From: an uncultured Mycolicibacterium sp.
GTDB taxonomy: Bacteria; Actinomycetota; Actinomycetes; Mycobacteriales; Mycobacteriaceae
Assembly: GCF_964000695.1 (NCBI RefSeq)
Contig: NZ_CAXEZH010000097.1
Reading direction: 5' to 3' (one strand)
Length of the DNA: 64,000 nt
Shown here piece after piece: positions 17,863-26,034 of the stretch. Position 1 is the first letter of the stretch. Every line of letters starts with the position of its first letter. The notes beneath the pieces are model-generated. The model saw only the letters and a program-made list of their open reading frames with translations. It had not been told where the DNA came from and did no database searches. The position numbers were made by a program, and so were the translations under genes.

Positions 17863-18990
17863 ATGTATTCCCAGCCGCTGGTCGACGCCATCGCCGAGGC
17901 CGAGGGCCTCGTGGCGGCCGCGCCGTTCATCGAGTCCGAAGCCGACCTGCTCGAAGGGCTGCAGTACCTCGCGGGCTGTATCGCCGCATGTACCCATGTC
18001 GGTTTCGACTACGACCGGGACCACCCGTTCCTGCACAGCGGCACCGGGCCCTTCACCAAGATGGGTCTGGACAACCCCGACACGATGTACTTCGGCACCC
18101 GCGTCCAGCCCGGCCACGAGTACGTGGTCACCGGTCGGCGCGGCACCACCACCGACGTGAGTTTCCAGCTGCTCGGCGGTGAGTACACCGACGAAGTCGT
18201 GCCCGACAGCGAAACCGCGTTCGACGACCGCAAGCTCGACATCGCAGCCGACGGCACCTTCGAATGGCGCTTCACGCCCGACGTGCCGTCTCAACTGGTC
18301 ATCCGCGAGGTCTACAACGACTGGTCCGCGCAGCGCGGGACGTTCGCCATCGCCCGGACCGACACCGCGGGCACGGCGCCGCCTCCGTTGACGCGCGAAC
18401 TCATCGAGAAGCGCTATGCGGTCGCAGGCAAGCAGCTGGTGCAGCGCGTGAAGACGTGGCTGCAGTTTCCGCAGTGGTTCTACAACGACAGCGAGCCCAA
18501 CACCATGGTGGCTCCCCGCCTGACTCCCGGGGGTCTGGCCACCCAGTATTCGTCGGCCGGCCAGTTCGATCTGGCGCCCGACCAGGCCCTGGTGATCACG
18601 CTGCCGGTCACCGACGCGCCGTACCTCGGCTTCCAGCTGGGCAGTCTCTGGTACATCTCACTGGACTACATCAATCATCAGACGTCGCTGAACGGCACTC
18701 AGGCGCAAGCTGATCCGGACGACAAGATCCGGATCGTGGTCTCCGAGCGGAATCCCGGGGTGACGAACTGGGTGGAGACGCTGGGGCATCGCAAGGGCTT
18801 TCTGCAGTTCCGCTGGCAGCGGGTGTCTCGTGAGATGACCGCCGAGGACGGACCGACGGTGGAGCTGGTCGCGGTCGACAAGGTTGCGGAGTCGCTGCCG
18901 TACTACGAATCGAACAAGATCTCAGTAGAAGACTGGCGGGCGCGGATTGCGTTACGTCAGAAGCAGATCGGTGAGAGAATGGTGGGTTGA
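17863..18990 (+). CDS. conserved hypothetical protein, Rv3531c-like (DUF1214-like)
   Basis: ATG 17863 follows GTGGAGG. 375 aa, the remembered length of Rv3531c. Followed by the SDR and sulfotransferase genes, as in Mtb Rv3531c-Rv3529c. Confidence 0.75.
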   Translation: MYSQPLVDAIAEAEGLVAAAPFIESEADLLEGLQYLAGCIAACTHVGFDYDRDHPFLHSGTGPFTKMGLDNPDTMYFGTRVQPGHEYVVTGRRGTTTDVSFQLLGGEYTDEVVPDSETAFDDRKLDIAADGTFEWRFTPDVPSQLVIREVYNDWSAQRGTFAIARTDTAGTAPPPLTRELIEKRYAVAGKQLVQRVKTWLQFPQWFYNDSEPNTMVAPRLTPGGLATQYSSAGQFDLAPDQALVITLPVTDAPYLGFQLGSLWYISLDYINHQTSLNGTQAQADPDDKIRIVVSERNPGVTNWVETLGHRKGFLQFRWQRVSREMTAEDGPTVELVAVDKVAESLPYYESNKISVEDWRARIALRQKQIGERMVG

Positions 18991-19784
18991 TCGTGGCCGG
19001 ATCAGAAGGGCTTCTGCAGGACAAGGTCGTGGTGATCAGCGGCGTCGGACCTGCGCTGGGCACCACGCTCGCGCGGCGGTGCGCGGAGGCGGGTGCCGAC
19101 CTGGTGCTGGCGGCGCGCACGGTCGAGCGTCTCGATGACGTCGCCAAACAGATCACCGATCTCGGTCGGCGCGCGGTGTCGGTGGGAACGGACATCACCG
19201 ACGACGCACAGGTGGACAATCTGGTCGCCGAGACGCTCAAGGCCTACGGCAAGGTCGACGTGCTGATCAACAACGCCTTCCGGGTGCCGTCGATGAAGCC
19301 ACTGGCCAACACCACGTTCGAGCACATGCGCGAGGCGATCGAACTGACGGTGTTCGGCGCGCTGCGGATGATCCAGGGCTTCACGCCGGCCCTCGCCGAC
19401 GCCAACGGCTCGGTTGTGAACGTCAATTCGATGGTGGTGCGTCATTCCCAGGCCAAGTACGGGGCCTACAAGATGGCGAAGTCGGCGTTGCTGGCCATGT
19501 CGCAGTCGCTGGCCACCGAGCTCGGCGAGCAGGGAATCCGGGTGAACTCGGTTCTGCCCGGCTACATCTGGGGTGGCACCCTGGAAAGTTACTTCAATCA
19601 CCAGGCCGGTAAGTACGGCACCACCGTGGACGAGATCTACAAAGCCACCGCGGCGGCGTCGGACCTGAAGCGATTGCCGACCGAGAACGAGGTGGCCTCG
19701 GCGATCCTGTTCATGGCCAGCGACCTGTCCAGTGGAATCACCGGCCAGGCTCTCGATGTCAACTGCGGGGAGTACAAGGCCTGA
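18987..19784 (+). CDS. SDR oxidoreductase, Rv3530c-like
   Basis: TTG 18987 overlaps the upstream stop (TTGA); alternative GTG at 18993. VVVISGVGPALGTTLA, NNAF, YGAYKMAK. Synteny. Confidence 0.85.
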   Translation: MIVAGSEGLLQDKVVVISGVGPALGTTLARRCAEAGADLVLAARTVERLDDVAKQITDLGRRAVSVGTDITDDAQVDNLVAETLKAYGKVDVLINNAFRVPSMKPLANTTFEHMREAIELTVFGALRMIQGFTPALADANGSVVNVNSMVVRHSQAKYGAYKMAKSALLAMSQSLATELGEQGIRVNSVLPGYIWGGTLESYFNHQAGKYGTTVDEIYKATAAASDLKRLPTENEVASAILFMASDLSSGITGQALDVNCGEYKA

Positions 19785-20929
19785 TGACGGCGCGCACCGA
19801 TGTGGGGACCGTCGAGGATCTGCATGCCTCGGCGACCAAAGCCTGCGGGCTGGACGATTTCGGCTCCGACGACGACAACTACCGCGAAGCCCTGGCGGTG
19901 CTGCTGGACTCGTTCGCCCGCGATGCCGAGCTGACCGAGTTCGGCAGCAAGATGAACCGCTTCTTCGTCCGCAACGCCCTCGTAGCCCGGCTGGTCTCCG
20001 AGGCGGCGTTCAAGCAGTACCCGGAGCACTCCGACGTTCCGATCGTGCGGCCCATCTTCGTCACCGGACTGCCTCGCACGGGGACCACGGCGTTGCACCG
20101 GCTGCTGGCGGCCGACCCCCGCCATCAAGGGCTTGAGCTGTGGCTCGCGGAGTTCCCCCAGCCGCGTCCACCGCGCGAAACGTGGGCGGACAACCCTGTG
20201 TTCGCCCAGCTCGATGCGCAGTTCACCAAGGCGCACAACGAGAACCCGGACTACACCGGTCTGCACTACATGACCGCCGACGAGGTCGAGGAGTGCTGGC
20301 AGCTGTTGCGTCAGTCGCTGCACTCGGTGTCCTACGAGACGCTGGCGCATGTGCCGACCTACGCGCAGTGGCTGGCCAAGCAGGATTGGAGCCGGCCGTA
20401 TCAGCGGCATCGGCGCAATCTCCAGTTGATCGGCCTCAACGACGTCGACAAGCGATGGGTGCTCAAGAACCCGAGTCACCTGTTCGCGCTGGACGCGCTG
20501 ATGGCGACCTACCCGGACGCACTGGTGATCCAGTGTCACCGGCCCGCGGAGACCATCATGGCGTCGATGTGTTCGCTGGCCCAGCACACCACGGAGGGCT
20601 GGTCCACGAAGTTCGTCGGGGAGACCATCGGTGCGGACTCGCTGGAGACGTGGTCGCGCGGACTGGAGAGGTTCAACACTGTTCGCGCCCAGCACGATCC
20701 GGCGCAGTTCTACGACATGGACTACTTCGACCTGATTGCCGATCCGGTGGCGACGGTCGAAGCGATCTACCGCCACTTCGGTATCGACCTGACCGACGAG
20801 GCGCGAGGGGCCATGCAGGCCAGCCACGAAGCCAGCAAGCAAGGGCCACGGGCGCCGAAGCACACCTACTCTCTTGCCGACTACGGGTTGACCGAGGAAC
20901 AGGTCAAGGAACGCTTCAGGGAGCTTTGA
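19784..20929 (+). CDS. PAPS-type sulfotransferase, Rv3529c (Stf1)-like
   Basis: 5'-PSB loop FVTGLPRTGTTALHRLL and a later WVLKNPSHLFALDAL. 381 aa. TGATG overlap with the upstream SDR. Confidence 0.8.
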   Translation: MTARTDVGTVEDLHASATKACGLDDFGSDDDNYREALAVLLDSFARDAELTEFGSKMNRFFVRNALVARLVSEAAFKQYPEHSDVPIVRPIFVTGLPRTGTTALHRLLAADPRHQGLELWLAEFPQPRPPRETWADNPVFAQLDAQFTKAHNENPDYTGLHYMTADEVEECWQLLRQSLHSVSYETLAHVPTYAQWLAKQDWSRPYQRHRRNLQLIGLNDVDKRWVLKNPSHLFALDALMATYPDALVIQCHRPAETIMASMCSLAQHTTEGWSTKFVGETIGADSLETWSRGLERFNTVRAQHDPAQFYDMDYFDLIADPVATVEAIYRHFGIDLTDEARGAMQASHEASKQGPRAPKHTYSLADYGLTEEQVKERFREL

Positions 20930-20931
20930 CG

Positions 20932-21408
20932 TCAGCCGTCGCCGGGTGAGGGGGCGCTGGAGTACTCCTCCAGGCAGCCTTCAGAGACGGCATGCCGGAT
21001 GCTGTCCGACAACCGGGGGCACGCGCGCTCGCGGGCCGGATCGCCGCCGGAGTCGCGGATCTCGGTGAAGTAGGCACAGCGCTGCGTGGCCGCGGAACTC
21101 CACTGCACCGACGTGTGCGCCGGCCCGAGCTTCTTCACCCGCACGGAGACGTGGCAGTGTCGGCAATCCACCTCCGCGAGACCGGAGTTGAGGTAGCGCT
21201 CGCGGTCCCGCGTCGTGCTTTCGGCCACCGCCGACGCCCTCGCTGGGTCAGAGGCGAAATCCGGTGCCTTGCGCCATGACCCACCGGTGTCACCGTCGTG
21301 TCCACCGTGACCGTGACCGTGCTCGTGGTCGTCGTCGTGGCCGCCGTGCAGCAACAACATGGACCGGGCCAGCCGGTCGACGTCGGGCGGTTGCTGCTCG
21401 GCAGCCAT
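20932..21408 (-). CDS. small His-rich / Cys-containing protein downstream of kshA (Rv3527 position)
   Basis: C-terminal 158 codons of track ORF 20932..22119. ATG 21408 lies 2 nt after the kshA stop. HGGHDDDHEHGHGHGGHDGD tract, CRHC motif and three further Cys. Confidence 0.65.
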   Translation of the reverse strand: MAAEQQPPDVDRLARSMLLLHGGHDDDHEHGHGHGGHDGDTGGSWRKAPDFASDPARASAVAESTTRDRERYLNSGLAEVDCRHCHVSVRVKKLGPAHTSVQWSSAATQRCAYFTEIRDSGGDPARERACPRLSDSIRHAVSEGCLEEYSSAPSPGDG

Positions 21409-21410
21409 GA

Positions 21411-22583
21411 TCAGGAGACCTCGGTGGGTTGCTCGGCTTCGGCGGCGTCGTTGCGGGCCTTCAGGTTCTCCTCGACCTCCACCTGCCACTTCTCGTTGGC
21501 GATGGTGGTGTCGACCTCCATCTCGAAGCGGTCGGTCATCTCGGGGGTGACGTCGGCAGCGTCGACGTAGAACTGCTGATACCAGCGTCGCATCTGGTAG
21601 ACCGCGCCGTCTTCCTCGACCAGCAGCGGATTGTCGATGCGTGTCTTGTGCTTCCAGATCTCCACGTCCTGCAGGAAGCCCTTGCTGACGCCGTCGGTGA
21701 AGGCGGTGGCCAATTTCTCGGTGGTTTTGTCGTCGAGTCCCTTGGGCTTCTCGACGATGACGCCCCACTGGAGCACGAACGAATCCTGGGTCACCGGGTA
21801 GTGGCAGTTGATCAGGATCGACTCGGCCTTGAAGTCGCCGTACTGGTTGTGCAACCAGTTGATCATGAACGACGGGCCGAAGTAGCTGGCCTCGGAGTCC
21901 AGGGACGCTTCTCCGTAGGCGGTGCCCATGTCGTTGACGTCGGGCCGACCCACGTTGTGCAGGTACTGGCTGGCGATGTGGCCCTCGAAGACGTTCTTGA
22001 AGTAGGTCGGCAACCCGAAGTGGATGTAGAAGAAGTGCGCCATGTCGGTGACGTTGTCGATGATCTCGCGGCAGTTGCTGCCCTCGATCAGCATGGTGTT
22101 CCACTTCCAGTCGGTCCACTCACCGCTGGCCCACTCCGGAATGTCCGGGATACGGACCTCCTCCTGGGGCGGGTTGCCTTCGTGGTCGTGCCAGACGAAC
22201 AACAGTCCGCCGCGCACATCGGTGTGCCAGGCGCGGGTGCGGGCCAGGCGCGGCGTGCGCTTGGCGTAGGGCACGAGCTTGCACTTGCCGTCCCCGCCCC
22301 AACGCCAGTCGTGGAACGGGCAGGCGACCTCGTCGCCCTTGACGGTCCCCTGGGCCAGATTGCCGCCCATGTGCCGGCAGTAACCGTCCAGGATCTTCAG
22401 CTCGCCTTTCGAGTCGGCGAAGACCACCAGCATCGTGCCGAAGATCTCGATGCCGTGCGGCTTGCCGTCCTGAAAGTCCTTGACCGGCCCCAGGCAATGC
22501 CAGCCCCGCGCGAACCTGTCGGGCAGCGTGCCGGTGTCGATCTCGCGAATTGTCGCGGCTCCCGCAGTTGACTCGGTGCTCAC
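21411..22583 (-). CDS. kshA: 3-ketosteroid 9-alpha-hydroxylase, Rieske oxygenase subunit
   Basis: GTG 22583 follows GGGAGG. Rieske motif CRHMGGNL...CPFHDWRW. Iron site DMAHFFYIH. 390 aa (remembered Rv3526 is about 386). KstR operator upstream. Confidence 0.93.
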   Translation of the reverse strand: MSTESTAGAATIREIDTGTLPDRFARGWHCLGPVKDFQDGKPHGIEIFGTMLVVFADSKGELKILDGYCRHMGGNLAQGTVKGDEVACPFHDWRWGGDGKCKLVPYAKRTPRLARTRAWHTDVRGGLLFVWHDHEGNPPQEEVRIPDIPEWASGEWTDWKWNTMLIEGSNCREIIDNVTDMAHFFYIHFGLPTYFKNVFEGHIASQYLHNVGRPDVNDMGTAYGEASLDSEASYFGPSFMINWLHNQYGDFKAESILINCHYPVTQDSFVLQWGVIVEKPKGLDDKTTEKLATAFTDGVSKGFLQDVEIWKHKTRIDNPLLVEEDGAVYQMRRWYQQFYVDAADVTPEMTDRFEMEVDTTIANEKWQVEVEENLKARNDAAEAEQPTEVS

Positions 22584-22611
22584 CTCGGGCCTCCCGTTGT
22601 TGGCTTCTAAC

Positions 22612-22625
22612 TAGAACACGTTACA
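22612..22625. promoter_or_regulatory. KstR-type operator TAGAACACGTTACA upstream of kshA
   Basis: Matches TnnAACnnGTTnnA, 29 nt upstream of the kshA start. Confidence 0.8.
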
Positions 22626-22754
22626 GTTTTCCGCTACGCGGACGCAATCCGATAGGCGTTCACCTGCGCAAAAAGTGACCAAAGACCCTCTCGGCTCCGA
22701 GTACCCACTGGCCCGCCGTCGACACCCGTGTGTCCCGCGCCGATCGGATCGATA

Positions 22755-22775
22755 TAGTGGACACTATGTTCACTA
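22755..22775. promoter_or_regulatory. imperfect 9+3+9 palindrome TAGTGGACA-CTA-TGTTCACTA overlapping the MFS start codon
   Basis: 8 of 9 arm positions pair. The ATG at 22766 lies inside it. Candidate operator for the co-transcribed TetR (24006). Confidence 0.45.
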
Positions 22776-24001
22776 ATGCAGCGGTCCCGTCGCCGACCAC
22801 CGCGGACGGCGACCGGCGACCCCGGCCCTGGCAGGCGGTCGCCGCGGCCACCTTCGCCATCGCGTGGGGCGGAAACGAGTCGACCCCGCTGCTGGTGATG
22901 TACCGCGACACCACAGGCTTCTCTCCGCTGACCGTCGACCTGCTGCTGTTCGCCTACGTGCTGGGCATCGTCCCTGCACTGCTCGTCGGTGGTGCGCTGT
23001 CGGATCGCCTGGGCCGCAGACCGCTGATGATGCCGGCGCCGGTGCTGGCGGCCGTCGGCTCGCTGATCCTGGCGCTCGGCGCGCACTCGGCCCTGGTCCT
23101 GGCTGTGGGCAGGGTGTTCAGCGGTCTCGCGCTGGGCCTGGCGATGGCGGTCGGTGGCAGCTGGCTCAAGGAGCTGTCGAGCCCGCCTTTCGGGGAGGGC
23201 GGATCGGGTGCGCGCCGGGCCGCGATGAGCCTGACCGCGGGGTTCGGGCTCGGTGCGGCGGCGGCGGGTGTCCTGGCCCAGTGGGGACCGGCGCCGGCGG
23301 TGATGCCCTACGTGATCAACATCGCGATGGCGCTCGCCGCCGCGGTCCTGCTCGGAACCGCGCCGGAGACCCGAACCCCCGCCCGGTCCGGGCGCGCCTG
23401 GTGGACCGATCTCGCGGTGCCGGCCCCTGTCAGGCGCCGGTTCCTGACCGTCGTCGTACCCATCGCACCCTGGGTGTTCGGCGCCGGGGCGACGGCCTAC
23501 GCCGTGCTCCCCGCGCTGATGTCCCAGCACGTCACGCAGGCGCCCATCGCGTTCTCGGCGCTGATGTGCCTGGTCGCGCTCGGGGTCGGCTTCGGGGTGC
23601 AGCACGCGGGCCGGCGGGTCGTCGGCGACGGCATCGGTGGTGTCGTCGCGGCCTTGGTGCTGCTGGTCGCAGGGATGGCGATGGCCGCCTGGGCAGCCAC
23701 CGTGCTGACCGTATGGGCGGCCCTGCCTGCGGCGGCCGTGCTGGGCGCCGGCTACGGGCTCGCGCTTCTGGCCGGGTTGCAGCAGGTCCAGCACATGGCG
23801 GGTCCCGACGATCTGGCGGGACTGACGGCCGTGTTCTACAGCCTCTGCTATCTGGGCTTCGGTGTGCCGGCGGCCCTGGCGTTCCTGTCGGGAACCCATG
23901 GGTTGTCCTATCCGACGATGTTCGTGGTGGGCGGGTGCGCGGCGGTCGGCTGCCTCACCGCGGTGGCCTACGGGAACAGGCGAACCGCGGCAATAAGCTG
24001 A
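22766..24001 (+). CDS. MFS transporter
   Basis: About 12 hydrophobic segments. The loop LSDRLGRRPLMM resembles the MFS motif A. Alternative GTG start at 22730. Confidence 0.8.
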   Translation: MFTNAAVPSPTTADGDRRPRPWQAVAAATFAIAWGGNESTPLLVMYRDTTGFSPLTVDLLLFAYVLGIVPALLVGGALSDRLGRRPLMMPAPVLAAVGSLILALGAHSALVLAVGRVFSGLALGLAMAVGGSWLKELSSPPFGEGGSGARRAAMSLTAGFGLGAAAAGVLAQWGPAPAVMPYVINIAMALAAAVLLGTAPETRTPARSGRAWWTDLAVPAPVRRRFLTVVVPIAPWVFGAGATAYAVLPALMSQHVTQAPIAFSALMCLVALGVGFGVQHAGRRVVGDGIGGVVAALVLLVAGMAMAAWAATVLTVWAALPAAAVLGAGYGLALLAGLQQVQHMAGPDDLAGLTAVFYSLCYLGFGVPAALAFLSGTHGLSYPTMFVVGGCAAVGCLTAVAYGNRRTAAIS

Positions 24002-24005
24002 CGGC

Positions 24006-24605
24006 ATGGTCAGCCGGCGCGGTCGCCCCCGCAGCACCGCCGTCCGCGAGAAAGTGGTGCGCGCGGCGGCGGACCTCGCGCTCGACGGGGGTCCCGGAGC
24101 GGCGACGGTCGACGCCATCGCCAAACGCGCCGAGGTGAGTCGCACGACGATCTACAAGTGGTGGCCGTCGGCACCGGCGATCGTGCTGGAAGGGCTGTTG
24201 GACTCGGTGCGGGACACGATCGTGCGCCCGCCCGGGAGCACGACGGTGCAGGCGTTGGAGCATCACGTCGGGGCGCTGTTCGGCCTTGTCGCCGATCCCG
24301 CGGTGGGGCCGCTGTTGCGTAACGTCATCGCCGCCTCGGCATCCGACCCGTCGATCGAGCGCGCTCTGATGGATCAGTGGATCACCCCACGTCGCGCGGC
24401 GGTCGCCGTGACGCTGCGCGACGCCGTGGCGGCCGGGGAACTGCCCGCCCACACCGACGTGGAGGTCGCGGTGGATGCACTCGTCTCTCCGCCGTACTAC
24501 CGGCTGATGCTGGGGATGGCGCCGCTGGACGACGCCGGTGTGGCTGCCCTGGTCAATACGGTGTGGTGTGGATGCCGAGTTGCTCGGAAGGGTGGCGGCT
24601 CATAG
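24006..24605 (+). CDS. TetR family transcriptional regulator
   Basis: HTH ATVDAIAKRAEVSRTTIYKWWPS. Starts 4 nt after the MFS stop. Confidence 0.85.
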   Translation: MVSRRGRPRSTAVREKVVRAAADLALDGGPGAATVDAIAKRAEVSRTTIYKWWPSAPAIVLEGLLDSVRDTIVRPPGSTTVQALEHHVGALFGLVADPAVGPLLRNVIAASASDPSIERALMDQWITPRRAAVAVTLRDAVAAGELPAHTDVEVAVDALVSPPYYRLMLGMAPLDDAGVAALVNTVWCGCRVARKGGGS

Positions 24606-24631
24606 GCCGTTCCGGAGCGACTCCTCCTCCT

Positions 24632-24756
24632 GGTAAGACGATTATGTATCAAACGTATGATCACCGGTCCTGGGCACGCAATTCTTCCGCATTTTTGCAT
24701 TGTCTATTGACTGCAGTGTCCTTGTGGTCATACGTTTCATACATAATCGTCTTACC
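24632..24756. repeat. 33-bp inverted repeat pair (31/33 identical) flanking a 59-bp AT-richer spacer
   Basis: Left arm GGTAAGACGATTATGTATCAAACGTATGATCAC at 24632..24664. The right arm at 24724..24756 is its reverse complement with two mismatches. The spacer holds TTGACT (24706..24711). Ends 24 nt before the P450 start. Confidence 0.9.
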
Positions 24757-24780
24757 GTCCCAGTGGAAGTTGAGGCCAGG

Positions 24781-26034
24781 ATGGCCGCGAACAGCACCGC
24801 CCCCAATGTTTTTGAAGCCGGCCTGCCGACGCTCGACTACAGCTTGGCTGCCACGCCACACGACGTCGTCGATGATGCCCGGCAGGCACAATCGCAGGCG
24901 CCTATCGCCATCGGCCCCCTTGGCCCGGAAATCCTGTCCTACAACATGGTGCGCGAGATACTGCGAGACCACAGGTTCCGATTGCCGCCGGGTATCACGC
25001 TTGCGGCGCAAGGCATCACGTCGGGACCGCTGTACGACAAGATGGCCAACAGCCTCTTGGGGCTCGATGGGCCACCGCACGTCCGGTTGCGCAAACTGGT
25101 TTCCAAGGCGTTCACCCCACGTGCGACATCACGTCTGGATGAGACGATCCGCGCGGTGGTGAATACGCTGATCGATCGCGTGGAAGACGCAGGACGTTGC
25201 GACGTCGTGACCGATATCGCCCGTCCCTACCCCACGCCGGTGATGTGCGCGCTGCTCGGTGCGCCTCCCGAGGACTGGCAACTGTTCGCCGACTGGACAG
25301 AAGAGATCTTCAAGGCGCTGAACTTTCAGCCGGATGTCACCTTCGACGAAGCGGCAATCATGGGCGCGTGGCGCGAACTCGACGCGTATGTCGACGACAT
25401 GGTCGCCGCCCGCCGAGGCAATCTCACCGAAGATCTGCTCTCCGAGCTCATCCGCGCGGAAAGCGAAGGTGACCGTCTCGACCTCGACGAACTCCGGATG
25501 CTGGTGGCCGGCTTCTTGATGGCAGGGACCGACACGACCCGAAATCAACTGGCGGCATCAGTGCAGGTTCTCTGCGAGCATCCAGATCAGTGGCAGAAGC
25601 TGCGTGAGCACCCAGAGCTTGCCATGCAGGCGGTCGAAGAGACCATGCGACACTCACCAGCGGCGTGTATTGCGCCACGAGCCGCGGTCGAGGATGTCGA
25701 GTTCGGCGGCTACCTGTTCCCGGCGGGGACCTTTGTCCTTGCGAACACCTTCGCTGCCAACCGTGACCCGGTGATCTATGACGATGCCGATCGCTTCGAC
25801 ATCTCGCGCAAGGACGTTCCGGCAATCATGACCTTCGGCGGAGGCGCGCACTACTGCCTCGGGGCGAACCTCGCACGCCGTGAATTGGCCGAAGCCTTGG
25901 TTGTCCTGACGCGACGGTTGCCCGTCGCCAATCGCATCGGTCCGGCACCGTGGAAGTCTCTGCTGGGTATGACTGGTCCAACGACGCTTCCGATCGAATT
26001 CACCAGCGAACGGCTCGTGGGCGCTGATGCGTAG
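24781..26034 (+). CDS. cytochrome P450 (417 aa), family not assigned
   Basis: ATG 24781. ETMR (ExxR) motif. Heme loop FGGGAHYCLGANLARRE. AGTDTT I-helix motif. Confidence 0.88.
   Translation: MAANSTAPNVFEAGLPTLDYSLAATPHDVVDDARQAQSQAPIAIGPLGPEILSYNMVREILRDHRFRLPPGITLAAQGITSGPLYDKMANSLLGLDGPPHVRLRKLVSKAFTPRATSRLDETIRAVVNTLIDRVEDAGRCDVVTDIARPYPTPVMCALLGAPPEDWQLFADWTEEIFKALNFQPDVTFDEAAIMGAWRELDAYVDDMVAARRGNLTEDLLSELIRAESEGDRLDLDELRMLVAGFLMAGTDTTRNQLAASVQVLCEHPDQWQKLREHPELAMQAVEETMRHSPAACIAPRAAVEDVEFGGYLFPAGTFVLANTFAANRDPVIYDDADRFDISRKDVPAIMTFGGGAHYCLGANLARRELAEALVVLTRRLPVANRIGPAPWKSLLGMTGPTTLPIEFTSERLVGADA

Noticed and set aside
21429-22571. 380-aa plus-strand ORF, plus the N-terminal 237 codons of ORF 20932..22119
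   Set aside because: Both overlap kshA in other frames or on the other strand. Only the 158-codon tail after the kshA stop is kept as a gene.
22634-24145. 503-aa minus-strand ORF, plus the 22864..24138 plus-strand ORF
   Set aside because: Both overlap the MFS transporter frame. They are extremely Arg/Gly/Pro-rich, whereas the MFS frame gives coherent TM helices.
24644-24744. Mirror-image mini-ORFs starting MYQTYDH (plus strand, 24644) and MYETYDHKDTAVNRQCKNAEELRAQDR (minus strand, 24661..24744) in the inverted-repeat arms
   Set aside because: The shared peptide start is an automatic consequence of the inverted repeat. There is no convincing RBS, and the plus-strand one runs out of frame through the P450 gene. 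Kept only as a note in the finding.
24632-24756. Interpretation of the inverted repeat as a MITE or IS remnant
   Set aside because: The flanks (…CTCCTCCT | … | GTCCCAGT…) show no target-site duplication. There is no transposase nearby, and only one copy is visible in the window. It cannot be excluded without the full genome.
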